NCBI GenBank assembly: GCA_963842525.1
Contig: CAWJGT010000020.1
Coordinates: 32,001 to 96,000, forward strand
DNA: 64,000 bases
Origin: an uncultured Holophagales bacterium
Lineage (GTDB): Bacteria > Acidobacteriota > Thermoanaerobaculia > Multivoradales > UBA5704
Reading direction: 5' to 3'
Every line of letters begins with the position of its first letter. The first letter of the stretch is position 1. Shown here piece by piece: positions 22,301 through 33,121 of this stretch. The notes beneath the pieces were generated by a model that saw only the letters and a program-made list of their open reading frames with translations, was not told where the DNA came from and ran no database searches. Both the position numbers and the translations under genes were made by a program.

Positions 22301-25300
22301 GTTTCCGTCCGGACGGCAGGATCGAGTACCTGGGGCGCATCGACCACCAGGTCAAGATCCGCGGGCTCCGCATCGAGCCGGGGGAGATCGAGGCCGCGAT
22401 CCTCGGCCATTCAGTCGTCAAAGAAGCGGTGGTGGTGGCCCGCGAGGACCGGCCGGGCGACCGCCGCCTGGTGGCCTATCTGGTGCCGGGACAGGGGGAA
22501 TTGCGCATCGAGGATCTGCGGGCCTCCCTCCGCGCGCGGCTCCCCGAGCACATGGTGCCGTCGGCCTTCATGGTGCTGGAAGCCTTGCCGTTGACCGCGA
22601 ATGGCAAGCTCGACCGCCGGGCTCTCCCAGCTCCGGAGGGAAGACCACGGGCCGCGAGTGTCCCGCCGCGCACCGAGGCCGAGCAGGCCATCGCCGGCGC
22701 CTGGCGCGAGGCGCTCGGGCTGGAGGCGGTCGGGGTCGACGAGAGCTTCTTCGATCTGGGCGGCCATTCGCTCCTGGCCACGCGGGTGCTCTCCCGGATC
22801 CGGGAGGCGTTCCGGGTGGACCTGCCGCTGCGCGCCCTCTTCGAGGAGCCGACCGTGGCCGGTCTCGCCCGGCGGATCGAGGCGGCCGTCCAGGGGCCAC
22901 ATCTCCCGAGCCTGCCGATCGTTCCGATTCCGCGCGTGGGTGCCTTGCCGCTCTCCTTCGCACAGCAGCGGCTCTGGTTCCTCGATCAGCTCGAGCCCGG
23001 CGCCCCCCTCTACAACATCCCCGCGGCCCTGCGCGCCACCGGACCGCTCGACGTCCCTGCCCTGACGCACGCCCTCGGCGAGGTCGGCCGTCGTCACGAG
23101 GCCCTGCGGACGACCTTCGCCTCGGTGGAGGGGGCGCCGGTGCAGGTCGTCCAGCCGCCGTCCGCCTTCTCTCTGCCGGTCGTGGACCTCTCCGGTCTCG
23201 CAGAGCCTGAAGGGCCGGTGCTCGGGCTCGCGGCGAAAGAGGCCCTCCGGCCCTTCGACCTGGCGCAGGGACCGGTCTGGCGCGCTCTCTGCCTGCGGCT
23301 CGGCCCGGCCGACCACGTCCTCCTCGTCACCATGCATCACATCGCGAGCGACGGCTGGTCGATGGGCATCCTGGTCCGCGAGGTGCTGACACTCTACGGA
23401 GCGCATTTACCCCTGCCCGAGCTGCCGGTGCAGTACGCCGACTACGCCCTCTGGCAGAGAGACCGGCTCCAGGGCGATCTCCTCCAGAATGAGCTGGCGT
23501 ACTGGCGCGAACAGCTCGCCAGCCTGCCGGCGCTGGAGCTGCCGACCGACCGGCCGCGCCCCGCCATCCGCAGCCATCGCGGCAGCAACCGACCGGTGGA
23601 GCTGGGGGCCGACCTGACGGCCGGCCTGCGCCGTCTCGCCCGCCGCGAGGGGACCACGCTCTTCATGATCCTGCTCGCCGCTTTTGAGGCCCTGCTCGCA
23701 CGGCACAGCGGCCAGCGCGACCTGGCGGTGGGGAGCCCCATCGCGGGCCGGGAGCACCTGGAGATCGAGGGGCTGATCGGCTTCTTCGTGAACACCCTGG
23801 TCCTGCGCGGCGACCTGTCCGGAGATCCGCCGTTCCGCACCCTGCTCGCCCGGGCGCGCGAGACCGTCCTCGCGGCCCACCTCCATCAGGAAGTCCCCTT
23901 CGAGAGGCTGGTCGAAGAGCTGGAGCCGGACCGGAGCCCCAGCCGCACCCCCCTGTTCCAGGTGATGCTCTCGCTCGGCAATGCGCCGCGCGACATCCCC
24001 GAGACGCGGGGCCTGCGGCTGTGGCGCATGGATGCGGCCGAGATCCTCCCTCCGGTCGCCCGCTTCGATCTGAGCCTGGCTCTCGAAGAGCGGGAGGGTG
24101 GGCTCTCGGGTGTGTGGGAGCACAGCGCCGAGCTGTTCGACGCCACCACGATCGCCCGCATGGCGGGCCATCTGGAGAGGCTGCTCGCGGCTGTGGTCGC
24201 TGATCCCGGGCTCCGCCTCTCCGAGCTGCCGCTGCTCGGCGAGGTGGAGCGGCACCAGCTCGCCCTGGCGTGGAACGACACGACCGCGCCGGCTCCTCCG
24301 GACCTCCTCGTGCACCAGCTCTTCGAGGCCCAGGCGGAACGGCAACCCGAGGCGATCGCCTTGCGGCAGGGGAGCGAGGTCCTGACGTACGGCGAGCTGG
24401 CCGCCCTCTCCCATCGCCTGGCCCACCACCTCCGGCGCCTTAGGGTCCGTCCCGAGGAGCCGGTCGGGGTCTGCCTGGAACGGGTCCCACTGCGCATCGC
24501 GGCTCTCCTCGCGGTACTCCAGGCCGGCGGCGTCTATCTCCCGCTGGACCCGGCCTATCCGCGGGCGCGCCGCGAGCTCATGCTGCGCGATTCCGGGGCG
24601 CGGGTGCTGCTGACCTCCGGATGGCTGGCGACGCTGGGCTGGCCTGTCCCCAGGGTCGTTCCGCTGGACGAGATCGGGGCGGAGCTGGCCGCCGAGAGCC
24701 TCCAGTCCGCCGGCCGGAGCCGTGCGGCCCGAGATCCTGGCGTACATCCTCTACACCTCGGGGTCGACCGGCACGCCGAAGGGAATCGGGGTCGACCACG
24801 CCGCCGCCGTCGATCACTTCACGACGATCGTTCGTGCCTACGGGCTCGTTCCCGAGGATCGGGTGCTGCAGTTCGGGGCGCCCGGCTTCGATGTCTCCCT
24901 GGAGCAGATCCTCCCCACGCTGGCAGCCGGGGCCACGCTGATCCTGCCGCGCAACGAGCTGGTCAGCCCCGGCGAGCTGTTCTCCGTGCCTCCCGAGAGC
25001 GAGGTCACCGTCGTCAATGTGCCGACGGCCTATTGGCAGCAATGGGTCGGCGAGCTCGCCGACGGGAGAGCGCTTCCAGACCGGCTGCGGTTCGTGATCA
25101 CCGGCGGCGAGGCCATGGCGCTCGAATCGGCGCGTCTCTGGGCCGCGCTCCCCGGCAGCGGGCGGGTTCCGATGTTCAATGGCTACGGTCCGACCGAGGC
25201 GGTCGTGACCGCTACGATCGTCCCTCTCGGAGGCGACGGTCCCGGCGCTCCGGCGACGGTGCCGATCGGCTGGCTGCTCGCTCGCCGCACCGCCTGGGTG

Positions 25301-28300
25301 CTCGACCATGACGGCCGGCTCATGCCGCCGGGAGCCCATGGCGAGCTCTGCCTGGGCGGCGTGCTCGCTCGCGGCTATATCGGGCGGCCCGACCTGACGG
25401 CCGAGCGCTTCGTGCCGCACCCGTGGGGCGAGCCCGGGGCGCGGCTCTACCGGACCGGCGACCTGGCGCGGTATCTCCCCGATGGGAATCTCGAGTTCCT
25501 GGGACGGCTGGACGAGCAGGTGAAGGTCCGCGGTTTCCGCATCGAGCTGGGGGAGGTCGAGGCGGTCCTGGCCAGCCATCCCGCGGTGCGGGAGGCGGTG
25601 GTCCTCGCCATCGCGGACGGCCAGGGGGGCCGCAGGCTGGCGGGATTTGTCGTTCCCATCCCGGACGCCGCGGTCGCGCCGGCCGATCTGCGCGAGCACC
25701 TCCGGGAGCGCCTGCCGGACTACATGGTCCCCGGCGCCTTCTCGGTCATGGAATCGCTGCCGCTCACGCCCCACGGCAAGGTGGACCGGCGAGCCCTGGC
25801 CCACATCGCCCCGACGCCCTTATTGGCCGGGGAGGAGCACGCGGCCCCACGCGGCCCCGTCGAAGAGATCGTGGCGGCCCTCTGGGCCGACGTGCTGGGG
25901 ACCGACCGGATCGGCCGTGGCGACGGGTTCTTCGAGCTGGGAGGCCACTCGCTCCTGGCGACCCAGGTGGTCTCGCGGGTGCGCAAGACCCTGGGGATCG
26001 AGATCCCCCTGCGGGCCCTCTTCGAGGCGCCCACCCTGAGCGGCTTCGCCGGGAGAGTGGCCCGGGAGATCGAGGCCGGAAGCCGGACTGCCGTGCCGCC
26101 GATCCCCTCCCTGCCAAGGCGCCCCGGCGAGCGCTTCCCCCTGTCCTTCGCCCAGCAGCGGCTCTGGTTCCTGGATCAGCTCGAGCCCGGCTCCGCGGTC
26201 TATAACCTGCCGCTCGCGATCGATCTTTTTGGGCCTCTCGATGTGTCTGCGCTCGCCCGCGCCCTGGCCACGATCGCACTCCGTCACGACGCGCTGCGCA
26301 CGACCTTCCCCGCCGAAGATGGCAACCCGGTGCAGGTCGTCGCGGAGCTTCGGCGTCCCGTGCTCCCGGTGATCGACCTGACCGGCGTCGAAGGAGCCGT
26401 GGACACGGTCGCCGGAGAGCTGGCCCGCCGGCCGTTCGACCTGGAACGGGGCCCTCTCCTGCGCGCGTGCCTCCTGCGGGTGGAGAAGGAAGCGCACCGG
26501 CTCGTCGTGAGCATGCACCACATCGTGAGCGACGGCTGGTCGGTCGGCGTGTTCGCCCGCGAGCTGAGCGCGCTGTACGAGGCCTTCCGGGCCGGCCGGC
26601 CCTCTCCGCTGCCCGAGCTGCCGGTGCAGTACCCGGCCTTTGCGGTCTGGCAGCGGCAGTGGCTCGCGGGCGAGGTTTTGGACACGGAGCTGGCGTACTG
26701 GCGCGAGCAGCTTCACGGCCTGCCGCGCCGCCTGGAGCTGCCCGAGGACCGTGCCTGGAGGCGCCGGCGCGGAGCCGCGCGCGGAGGTCTCCGCCCGGTG
26801 GTTTTCTCCGAGGAGCTGGGGCGCCGCCTGCGAGAGCTCGCCCGCGCCGAGGGAGCGACGTCGTTCATGATCCTGCTGGCCGGCTTCCAGGCGCTCCTCG
26901 GCCGCTGCGCCGGGCAGGAGGATTTCGCCGTCGGCACCCCCGTCGCCGGGCGCTCCGCGGCCGAGCTGGAGGGGCTGATCGGCTTCTTCGTCAACACCCT
27001 GGTGCTCCGCGCCGACCTGGCAGGGGAGCCGGGTTTCCGTGCCCTCCTGCGGCGGGTTAGGGAGCGTGTTCTGGCGGCGCAGGCCCACCAGCACCTCCCG
27101 TTCGAGAAGCTGGTGGAGGAGCTGGAGCCCACGCGAAGCCTGGAGCACGCCCCCCTGTTCCAGGCCATGCTCGCCTTCCAGAACACGCCCCGCGAGACGT
27201 TGGACCTGCCCGGCCTCCTCACCATTCCGGTCGATGTCCATACCGGGACGGCCAAGCTCGATCTCCTCCTGTCCCTGGAGGAGGTCGACGGCCGCATCGC
27301 CGGCGCCCTGGAGCACGACGCGGACCGCTTCGACGCCACCACGATCGACCGCCTCCTGGCGTGGTACGAGGCGCTCCTCGCCGCCGCGGTGGCCGCTCCG
27401 GAACGGCCGGTCTTCGACCTGTCGCTGCTGTCTGCCGCGGAGAGTCACCAGGTGCAGGTGGAGTGGAACGACCGCGGAGGGGTCGAGCCCGGCTGGACGC
27501 TCCTGCACGAGGGCTTCGAGCGACAGGCGCAGCGCACGCCCGAGGCGATAGCCCTGGTCTGGGGTCAGGAGCGCCTCACGTACCGCGACCTCAACGAGAA
27601 GGCTGACCGCCTGGCCGAGGAGTTACGCCGCCGCGGAGCCGGTCCGGAGCGGGTGGTCGGGATCTCCCTCCCGCGCACCCCCGAGATGATCGTCGCCATG
27701 CTCGCCGTCCTTAAATCCGGGGCCGCCTATGTCCCCCTCGATCCATCCTACCCACCGGACCGGATCGCGTTCATGACCGACGACGCAGGTGTGAGCCTGA
27801 TCCTCACCTCCGAGGGTGGATTGGGGGACAAGCCCCAAAGGGGCGCCGGCATAAAGCCTGGGGTTTCAACCCCAGGTCGGCGGCTTGAGGATTCAGGCTG
27901 CCCCTATCCTGGGGTTGAAACCCCAGGCTTTATGCCGGCGCCCCTTCGGGGCTCCGAGGTCGCCTACCTCATCTACACCTCCGGCTCCACCGGCCGCCCC
28001 AAGGGCGTCGCCATCGAGCACGCCAGTGCCGTCCGTCTCGTCGCCTGGGCTTTGGAAGCTTTTTCTCGCGAAGAGCTGTCCGGTGTCCTCGCCTCGACCT
28101 CGATCAACTTCGACCTGTCGATCTTCGAGATCTTCGTCCCCCTCTCCTGCGGTGGGGCTGTGATCCTGGCCGACGATGCCCTTGCCCTGCCATCCCTGTC
28201 CGCGATGGGGGAGGTGACCCTGGTCAACACGGTGCCGTCCGCCATGGCCGCGCTGCTCGACCTGGGGCCGCTCCCACCCTCGATTCGCACCGTCAACCTG

Positions 28301-31300
28301 GCGGGCGAGCCGCTGCGGCGCGCTCTGGCCGAGCGGGTATATGGGTCGGGTGTGGAGAGGCTATGGAATCTCTACGGCCCGTCCGAAGACACGACCTACT
28401 CGACCGGCTCTGTGGTCGAGCGGGGCCGAAATCCTCACCCCCTGACCCCCTCTCCCATCTCCCTTCCACCCCCCGCCGGGAGAGGGGGAACATATCCGAA
28501 GCCATTCGGCGGGCTCGCCACGGGGGCATCAACAACGTCCCCCCTCTCCCGGGGATGGGAGGGTGGGAGATGGGAGAGGGGGACAGGGGGTGAGGACCCA
28601 CGGCCTGAGCCGTCCATCGGCCGCCCCGTCGCCGGCTCCCTGGCGTACGTGGTTGATGCTTCTCTCCGTATCCAGCCCTTCGGTGTGCCGGGCGAGCTGT
28701 GTCTGGGTGGAGGAGGGGTGGCTCGGGGCTACCTCGGCCGGCCGGAGCTGACGGCTGAGCGGTTCGTGCCGGATCCGTTCGGTGTGGCTCCCGGCGGCCG
28801 GCTCTACCGGACCGGCGACCGGGTGCGCTGGCGAACGGACGGGTCGCTCGACTACCTGGGCCGGCTGGACCGGCAGGTCAAGATCCGCGGGTTCCGGATC
28901 GAGCCGGGAGAGATCGAGGCGGTCCTGCTCGCCGGTCCCGGGGTCGAGGCGGCGGCGGTGCTGCCCCGCGGCGGCACCCTCGTGGCCTATGTGGTGGCTG
29001 CAACGGGCACCGGAGAGCTGCGGGCGTGGTTGGCCGGCCGGCTTCCGGCGCCCTTGGTGCCCTCGACGTTCGTCCGGCTCGATGCGCTGCCACTGACTCC
29101 GAACGGCAAGGTGGACCGCTATGCTCTCGCCCGCATCGCTCCGACCGTGGAGGCCCGGGAGCTCGCGGCTCCCAGCGGTCCGATCGAGGAGACCCTGGCG
29201 GCGATCTGGAGCGAGGTCCTCGGCATCGATCGGATCGGCGCCGGCGACTCCTTCTTCGACCTCGGCGGGCACTCCCTTCTGGCCACTCGCGCGCTGGCCC
29301 GGGTGCGCGAGGCCTTCCAGATCGACCTGCCGTTGCGCGACCTGTTCGAGGCGCCGACGGTCCAGGAGCTGGCCCGCCGGGTGGAGGCGGCTCTGGGCGG
29401 GGCTGCCGCACCGGCTCCGCCGATCGTCCCGGTCTCCAGAGAAGAGGACCTGCCGCTCTCCTTCGCGCAGCAGCGGCTCTGGCTCATCGACCAGCTCGAA
29501 CCCGGCGGCTCGGTCTACAACGTCTCCCTGGCACTGCGGCTGGATGGCCCCCTCGACCCCGAAGCCCTGGCCCGCGCCTTCTCCGAGGTGGCTCGCCGGC
29601 ACGAGGTCCTGCGGACCACCTTCGCGGTGCGCCACGGCGATCCGGTCCAGGTCATCGGGCCGCCATTGCCCATCCCCCTGCCGGTTCTCGATCTGACCGG
29701 GCTGCCTGAGCCGGTACGGTCGGCCGAGGTCAGGCGGCAGGCTCGCGAGGAGGGCGCTCGGCCTTTCGACCTTGGGACGGGTCCGCTGCTGCGGGCCGGC
29801 CTCCTATGGCTCGGCAGCGAAAGCTGGGTCCTGCTCGCCACCCTGCACCACATCGTGAGCGACGAGTGGTCGCTGCGCCTGCTCTTCCGTGAGCTGACCG
29901 TGCTCTATGCCGCCTTCCGGCAGGGGCTTCCGTCACCTCTGCCCGAGTTGCCCGTGCAGTTCGCGGACTTCGCGGTCTGGCAGCGTCGCTGGCTTACAGG
30001 AGACGTCCTGGAGGCGCAGCTCGCCTACTGGCGCGGACGGCTGGGGAGCGATCCACCTGTGCTGGAGCTGCCCACCGACCGGCCGCGGCCGTCGCTCCAG
30101 ACCTTCCGCGGCGCCCGCCTCGGCTTTTCTCTCCCGGCCGGGGCCTCTGCCGCGCTGCAGGCTCTCGGCCGCCGGCGGGGCGCGACATCGTTCATGACCC
30201 TGCTCGCCGCGTTTCAGGCCCTACTGGCGCGCACCAGCGGGCAGACCGACCTCACCGTGGGCACCCCGATCGCCGCCCGGCACCGCGTCGAGGTCGAGGA
30301 TCTGATCGGGTTCTTCCTCAACACCCTGGTCGTGCGGGCCGACCTGTCCGGCGATCCGGGGTTCCTGGAGATCCTCGGCCGGGCGCGCGAGCGGTCCCTG
30401 GAGGCCTTCGCCCACCAGGATCTGCCCTTCGAGAAGCTCGTCGACGAGCTGAAGCCGCGCCGCAGCCTCAGCCATCCGCCGCTCTTCCAGGCCCTGTTCG
30501 TCCTCGTCCACGCCGCGCGGCTGGAGGCGGAGTCGCTCGACATCCGGCTGAGTAACCTCGACTCCGAGGTCTCGACCGCCAAGTTCGACCTCACCTTGTC
30601 CCTGCTGGCCGATGGCGAGGCCCTCTCGGGCGTGATCGAATTCAACACCGACCTGTTCGACCGCACGACCGTGCTGCGCCTGGCCACGCATCTGGCGGTG
30701 CTGTGCGATGCCGCGGCGCGCGATCCGGAGCAGCCTCTTTCGGCCCTGCCGCTCCTCGCCGCGGCCGAGGAGCACCAGGTCAGCTTCGAGTGGAACGATA
30801 CGGCAGTGCCGGGCCGGGCGGAGGTCCCGGTCCACCGGCTGTTCGAGGCCTGGGTGGAGAAGGCGCCGGATCGGCCGGCGGTGATCTGGGACGGTGGGGT
30901 CTGGACCTACGCGGACCTCGACGGCCGGGCGGCGCGGCTGGCCCGCCGTCTCCGGTCGCTCGGCATCGGCCCCGAAGTCCCGGTGGGAGTCTGCGCCGAG
31001 CGCGGCCCAGAGCTGTCGGTCGCCCTGCTGGCGGTGCTCAAGGCGGGAGGCGCCTACCTCCCGGTCGATCCGCGCTACCCGCGCGAGCGCCAGGCGTTCA
31101 TGCTGGCCGACGCCGGGGCGCCGGTCGTGCTCGTGCAGGAGGCCCTTGCTGGCTCTCTCGCGGAGCACACGGGGAGGACCGTCCTGCTGAACGACGACGC
31201 CTGGAGCGGCGAGGCCCTGGAGACAGCGGTGCCTCATCTCGGCCCGGAGCAGATGTGCTATCTCATCTACACCTCGGGCTCCACGGGCCGGCCCAAGGGG

Positions 31301-32713
31301 ATCGCCCTGACGCACCGGACCCTGACCAACCTCGTGCGCTGGCAGGTCGATCCCGGCCGCGCGGCGGCCACGGCCAGCCCGGCGCACACTCTCCAGTTTG
31401 CCTCGCCGAGCTTCGACGTCTCCCTCCAGGAGCTGTTCTCGACCTGGGCGAGCGGCGGCGCTCTTGTGCTGATCACCGAGGACGACCGGCGCGATCCGGA
31501 ACGGCTGGCCGCGCGCCTGGCCGAAGGGAAGGTCGAGCGCCTGTTCCTCCCCTACGTGGCCCTCCAGCAGCTCGCGGACGTCCTCGCCAGGACCGACACC
31601 CCGCTTCCCGGCCTGCGGCAGGTCGTCACCGCGGGCGAGCAACCGCAGACGACGCCGCAGCTCGCCGAAGCCTTCCGGCGGCTCTCGGCGTCGACCGGCG
31701 GGGCCGGCGGAACCACCCTGCACAACCAGTACGGTCCGTCCGAGACCCACGTCATCACCGAGCTCGTGATGGAAGGCGATCCGGCAGGCTGGCCGGCGCT
31801 GCCGCCCATCGGCCGGCCAATTGCCAATGCGCGGACGTACGTCCTCGACCGCTCTTTGCGGCCGGCGCCGATCGGCGTGCCCGGGGAGCTGGTCCTGGGC
31901 GGCCTCCTGCCGGCGCGCGGCTACCTCGGCCGGCCGGACCTGACGGCGGAAAAATTCGTCCCAGATCCCTGGAGCGCAGAGCCGGGCGCGCGCGCCTACC
32001 GCAGCGGCGACCTGGCGCGGGTCAGGCCGGATGGCCATCTCGAGTTTCTGGGGCGGATCGACTTCCAGGTCAAGCTCCGCGGCTTCCGCGTCGAGCTGGG
32101 GGAGATCGAGGTCGTCCTCGCCGCACATCCGCGGCTGCGGGAGAGCGCGGTGGCCGTGCGCGAAGACCGCCCGGGAGACCGGCGGCTGGTCGCCTACTTC
32201 GTGGCGGACGAGGAGGTCGCTGCGGCCGAGCTGCGCGACTGGCTGCGCGAGCGCCTGCCGGAGCACATGGTGCCGGCGATCTTCGTCCGGCTCGACGCCC
32301 TGCCGCTCACAGGCAGTGGAAAGGTTCAGCGCTCAGCCCTGCCCGCGCCCGAGGCCCTGCGCGTCGAGAGCGCCCCCTACGTGGAGCCGCGCACCGCCAT
32401 GGAACGGACGATCTCCGCCGTCCTGCGCGAGGTGCTCGGCGTCGACCGCGTGGGCCGTGACGACAACTTCTTCGACCTCGGCGGCCATTCGCTCCTGATG
32501 ATCCGGGCGGCTTCGGGCCTCTCGGAGAAACTGAGCCGCAAGGTCCCGGTAATCGATCTCTTCCGCGCCCCGACCGTTGCCTCCCTGGCCCGCCATCTTG
32601 CCGCGGAAGGAGACGTCCTGCCCGCTCTCGACCAGCTCGAGCAGCGCGCCGAGACCCGCCGCCAGTCCCTCGGTCGCCGCCGCGAGCTGCGCCAGGGGCG
32701 GGCGAAATCCTGA
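10354..32713 (+). CDS. Giant NRPS with 7 C-A-T modules (predicted Ala, Ala, Val, Ser, basic residue?, Ala, Pro-like), no E or TE domain; frameshifted near 11856, 13890, 15245-15303, 15695, 17925 and 24715
   Basis: ATG at 10354 overlaps the upstream TGA (ATGA). Seven sets of C (LSFAQQRLW/HHxxxD), A (YTSGSTG) and T (GGHSL) motifs. Codes by eye: DLFNNALTYK x3, DALWLGGTFK, DVWHMSLVDK, DVENIGGVTK, DVQFVAQVIK. Fusing all fragments into one gene is an inference. Confidence 0.82.
10803..10847. repeat. Palindromic element family A variant, single arm, in frame inside a C domain (SPLPLAPSPAGAGEGE)
   Basis: agccctctccccctggccccctctcccg (10801-10828) is identical to 19654-19681. Confidence 0.85.
12055..12107. 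repeat. Palindromic element family A, right arm, in frame immediately before the A3 motif (PPLPAVGGRWERGPGGE)
   Basis: ccccctctcccggcggtgggggggcgatgggagagggggccagggggtgagg, followed directly by VAYLIYTSGSTG. Confidence 0.9.
15102..15301. repeat. Palindromic element family B, nested four-arm copy before the A3 motif; reading frame broken here
   Basis: Outer arms agccccgtaggggcggccggaattagcccggg / cccgggctaattccggccgcccctgcggggct; inner arms agccccgccaggggcgacagg / cctgccgcccctaacggggct. Confidence 0.9.
18262..18330. repeat. Palindromic element family C, perfect 28-bp inverted repeat with 13-nt loop, in frame before the A3 motif
   Basis: ccctgggaccgcgggcgtcccgcccgca (18262-18289) / tgcgggcgggacgcccgcggtcccaggg (18303-18330); encodes PWDRGRPARTIQKNAGGTPAVPG. 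Confidence 0.95.
19656..19805. repeat. Palindromic element family A variant, two-armed copy, in frame in a T-C linker
   Basis: ccctctccccctggccccctctccc...gggagaggggga, a spacer, then cccctctccc...gggggaggggtcgggggaggggg. Encodes SPLPLAPSP...GEGSGEGG before APLSFAQERLW. Confidence 0.88.
27831..27953. repeat. Palindromic element family B, 46-bp inverted repeat (45/46 match), in frame before the A3 motif
   Basis: agccccaaaggggcgccggcataaagcctggggtttcaaccccagg (27831-27876) / cctggggttgaaaccccaggctttatgccggcgccccttcggggct (27908-27953). Confidence 0.95.
28432..28596. repeat. Palindromic element family A, full two-armed copy, in frame inside an A domain after the A5 motif
   Basis: Arms 28432-28489 and 28538-28596. 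About 55 extra aa compared with the paralogous Ala domains (EDTTYSTG..[insert]..PSIGRP). Confidence 0.93.
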
Positions 32714-32716
32714 CCC

Positions 32717-33118
32717 CATTGGCAGCAAATTAGAGCAACAAGGCCGCAGCGGAGCGTCATAGGTTTGCATCGAATCGGGCTTGACGCGCTGCGAAAAAAG
32801 GTCATACTGCTGCGACCCGAGGTCGTGCACGAGCCGCGCACGCTCGCGCCGCTGTGACTCACGGCCGAGTCGCAGCGACGCGAGGATGGTTTGCATCACG
32901 CCGACGCAGATTTGCACCGGCACAAGGTAGAGTCGCAGCAAAAAGAGCCCGTGCGCGAGCGGCAGAGGGACGATTGGCAGCGGCTGGAGGTCGAGCACGA
33001 GCGGAAGAGGGTCGCCCGTGCCGTCAAGGGCCTCATTTCGCAGCAAAAAAAGGGCGAGTCACAGCGGCGCGAGGCCGGCTTGCAGCAGCGCGAGGTCGAG
33101 GGCTGCGGAAGAGGGTGA
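32717..33118. repeat. Degenerate 21-nt-period tandem array (about 19 units) between the convergent NRPS and AAA genes
   Basis: Units such as gagtcgcagcgacgcgaggat, gagtcgcagcaaaaagagccc, gagtcacagcggcgcgaggcc and ggcttgcagcagcgcgaggtc lie in 21-nt register. Confidence 0.6.
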
Positions 33119-33121
33119 GCT

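Noticed and set aside
3012-28596. Inserts as inteins or group I/II introns
   Set aside because: Too short, with no Cys/Ser..His-Asn intein ends or intron core motifs; they are simple DNA palindromes.
3390-28596. Inserts as intrinsic terminators
   Set aside because: The stems lack U-tracts and lie within open coding sequence.
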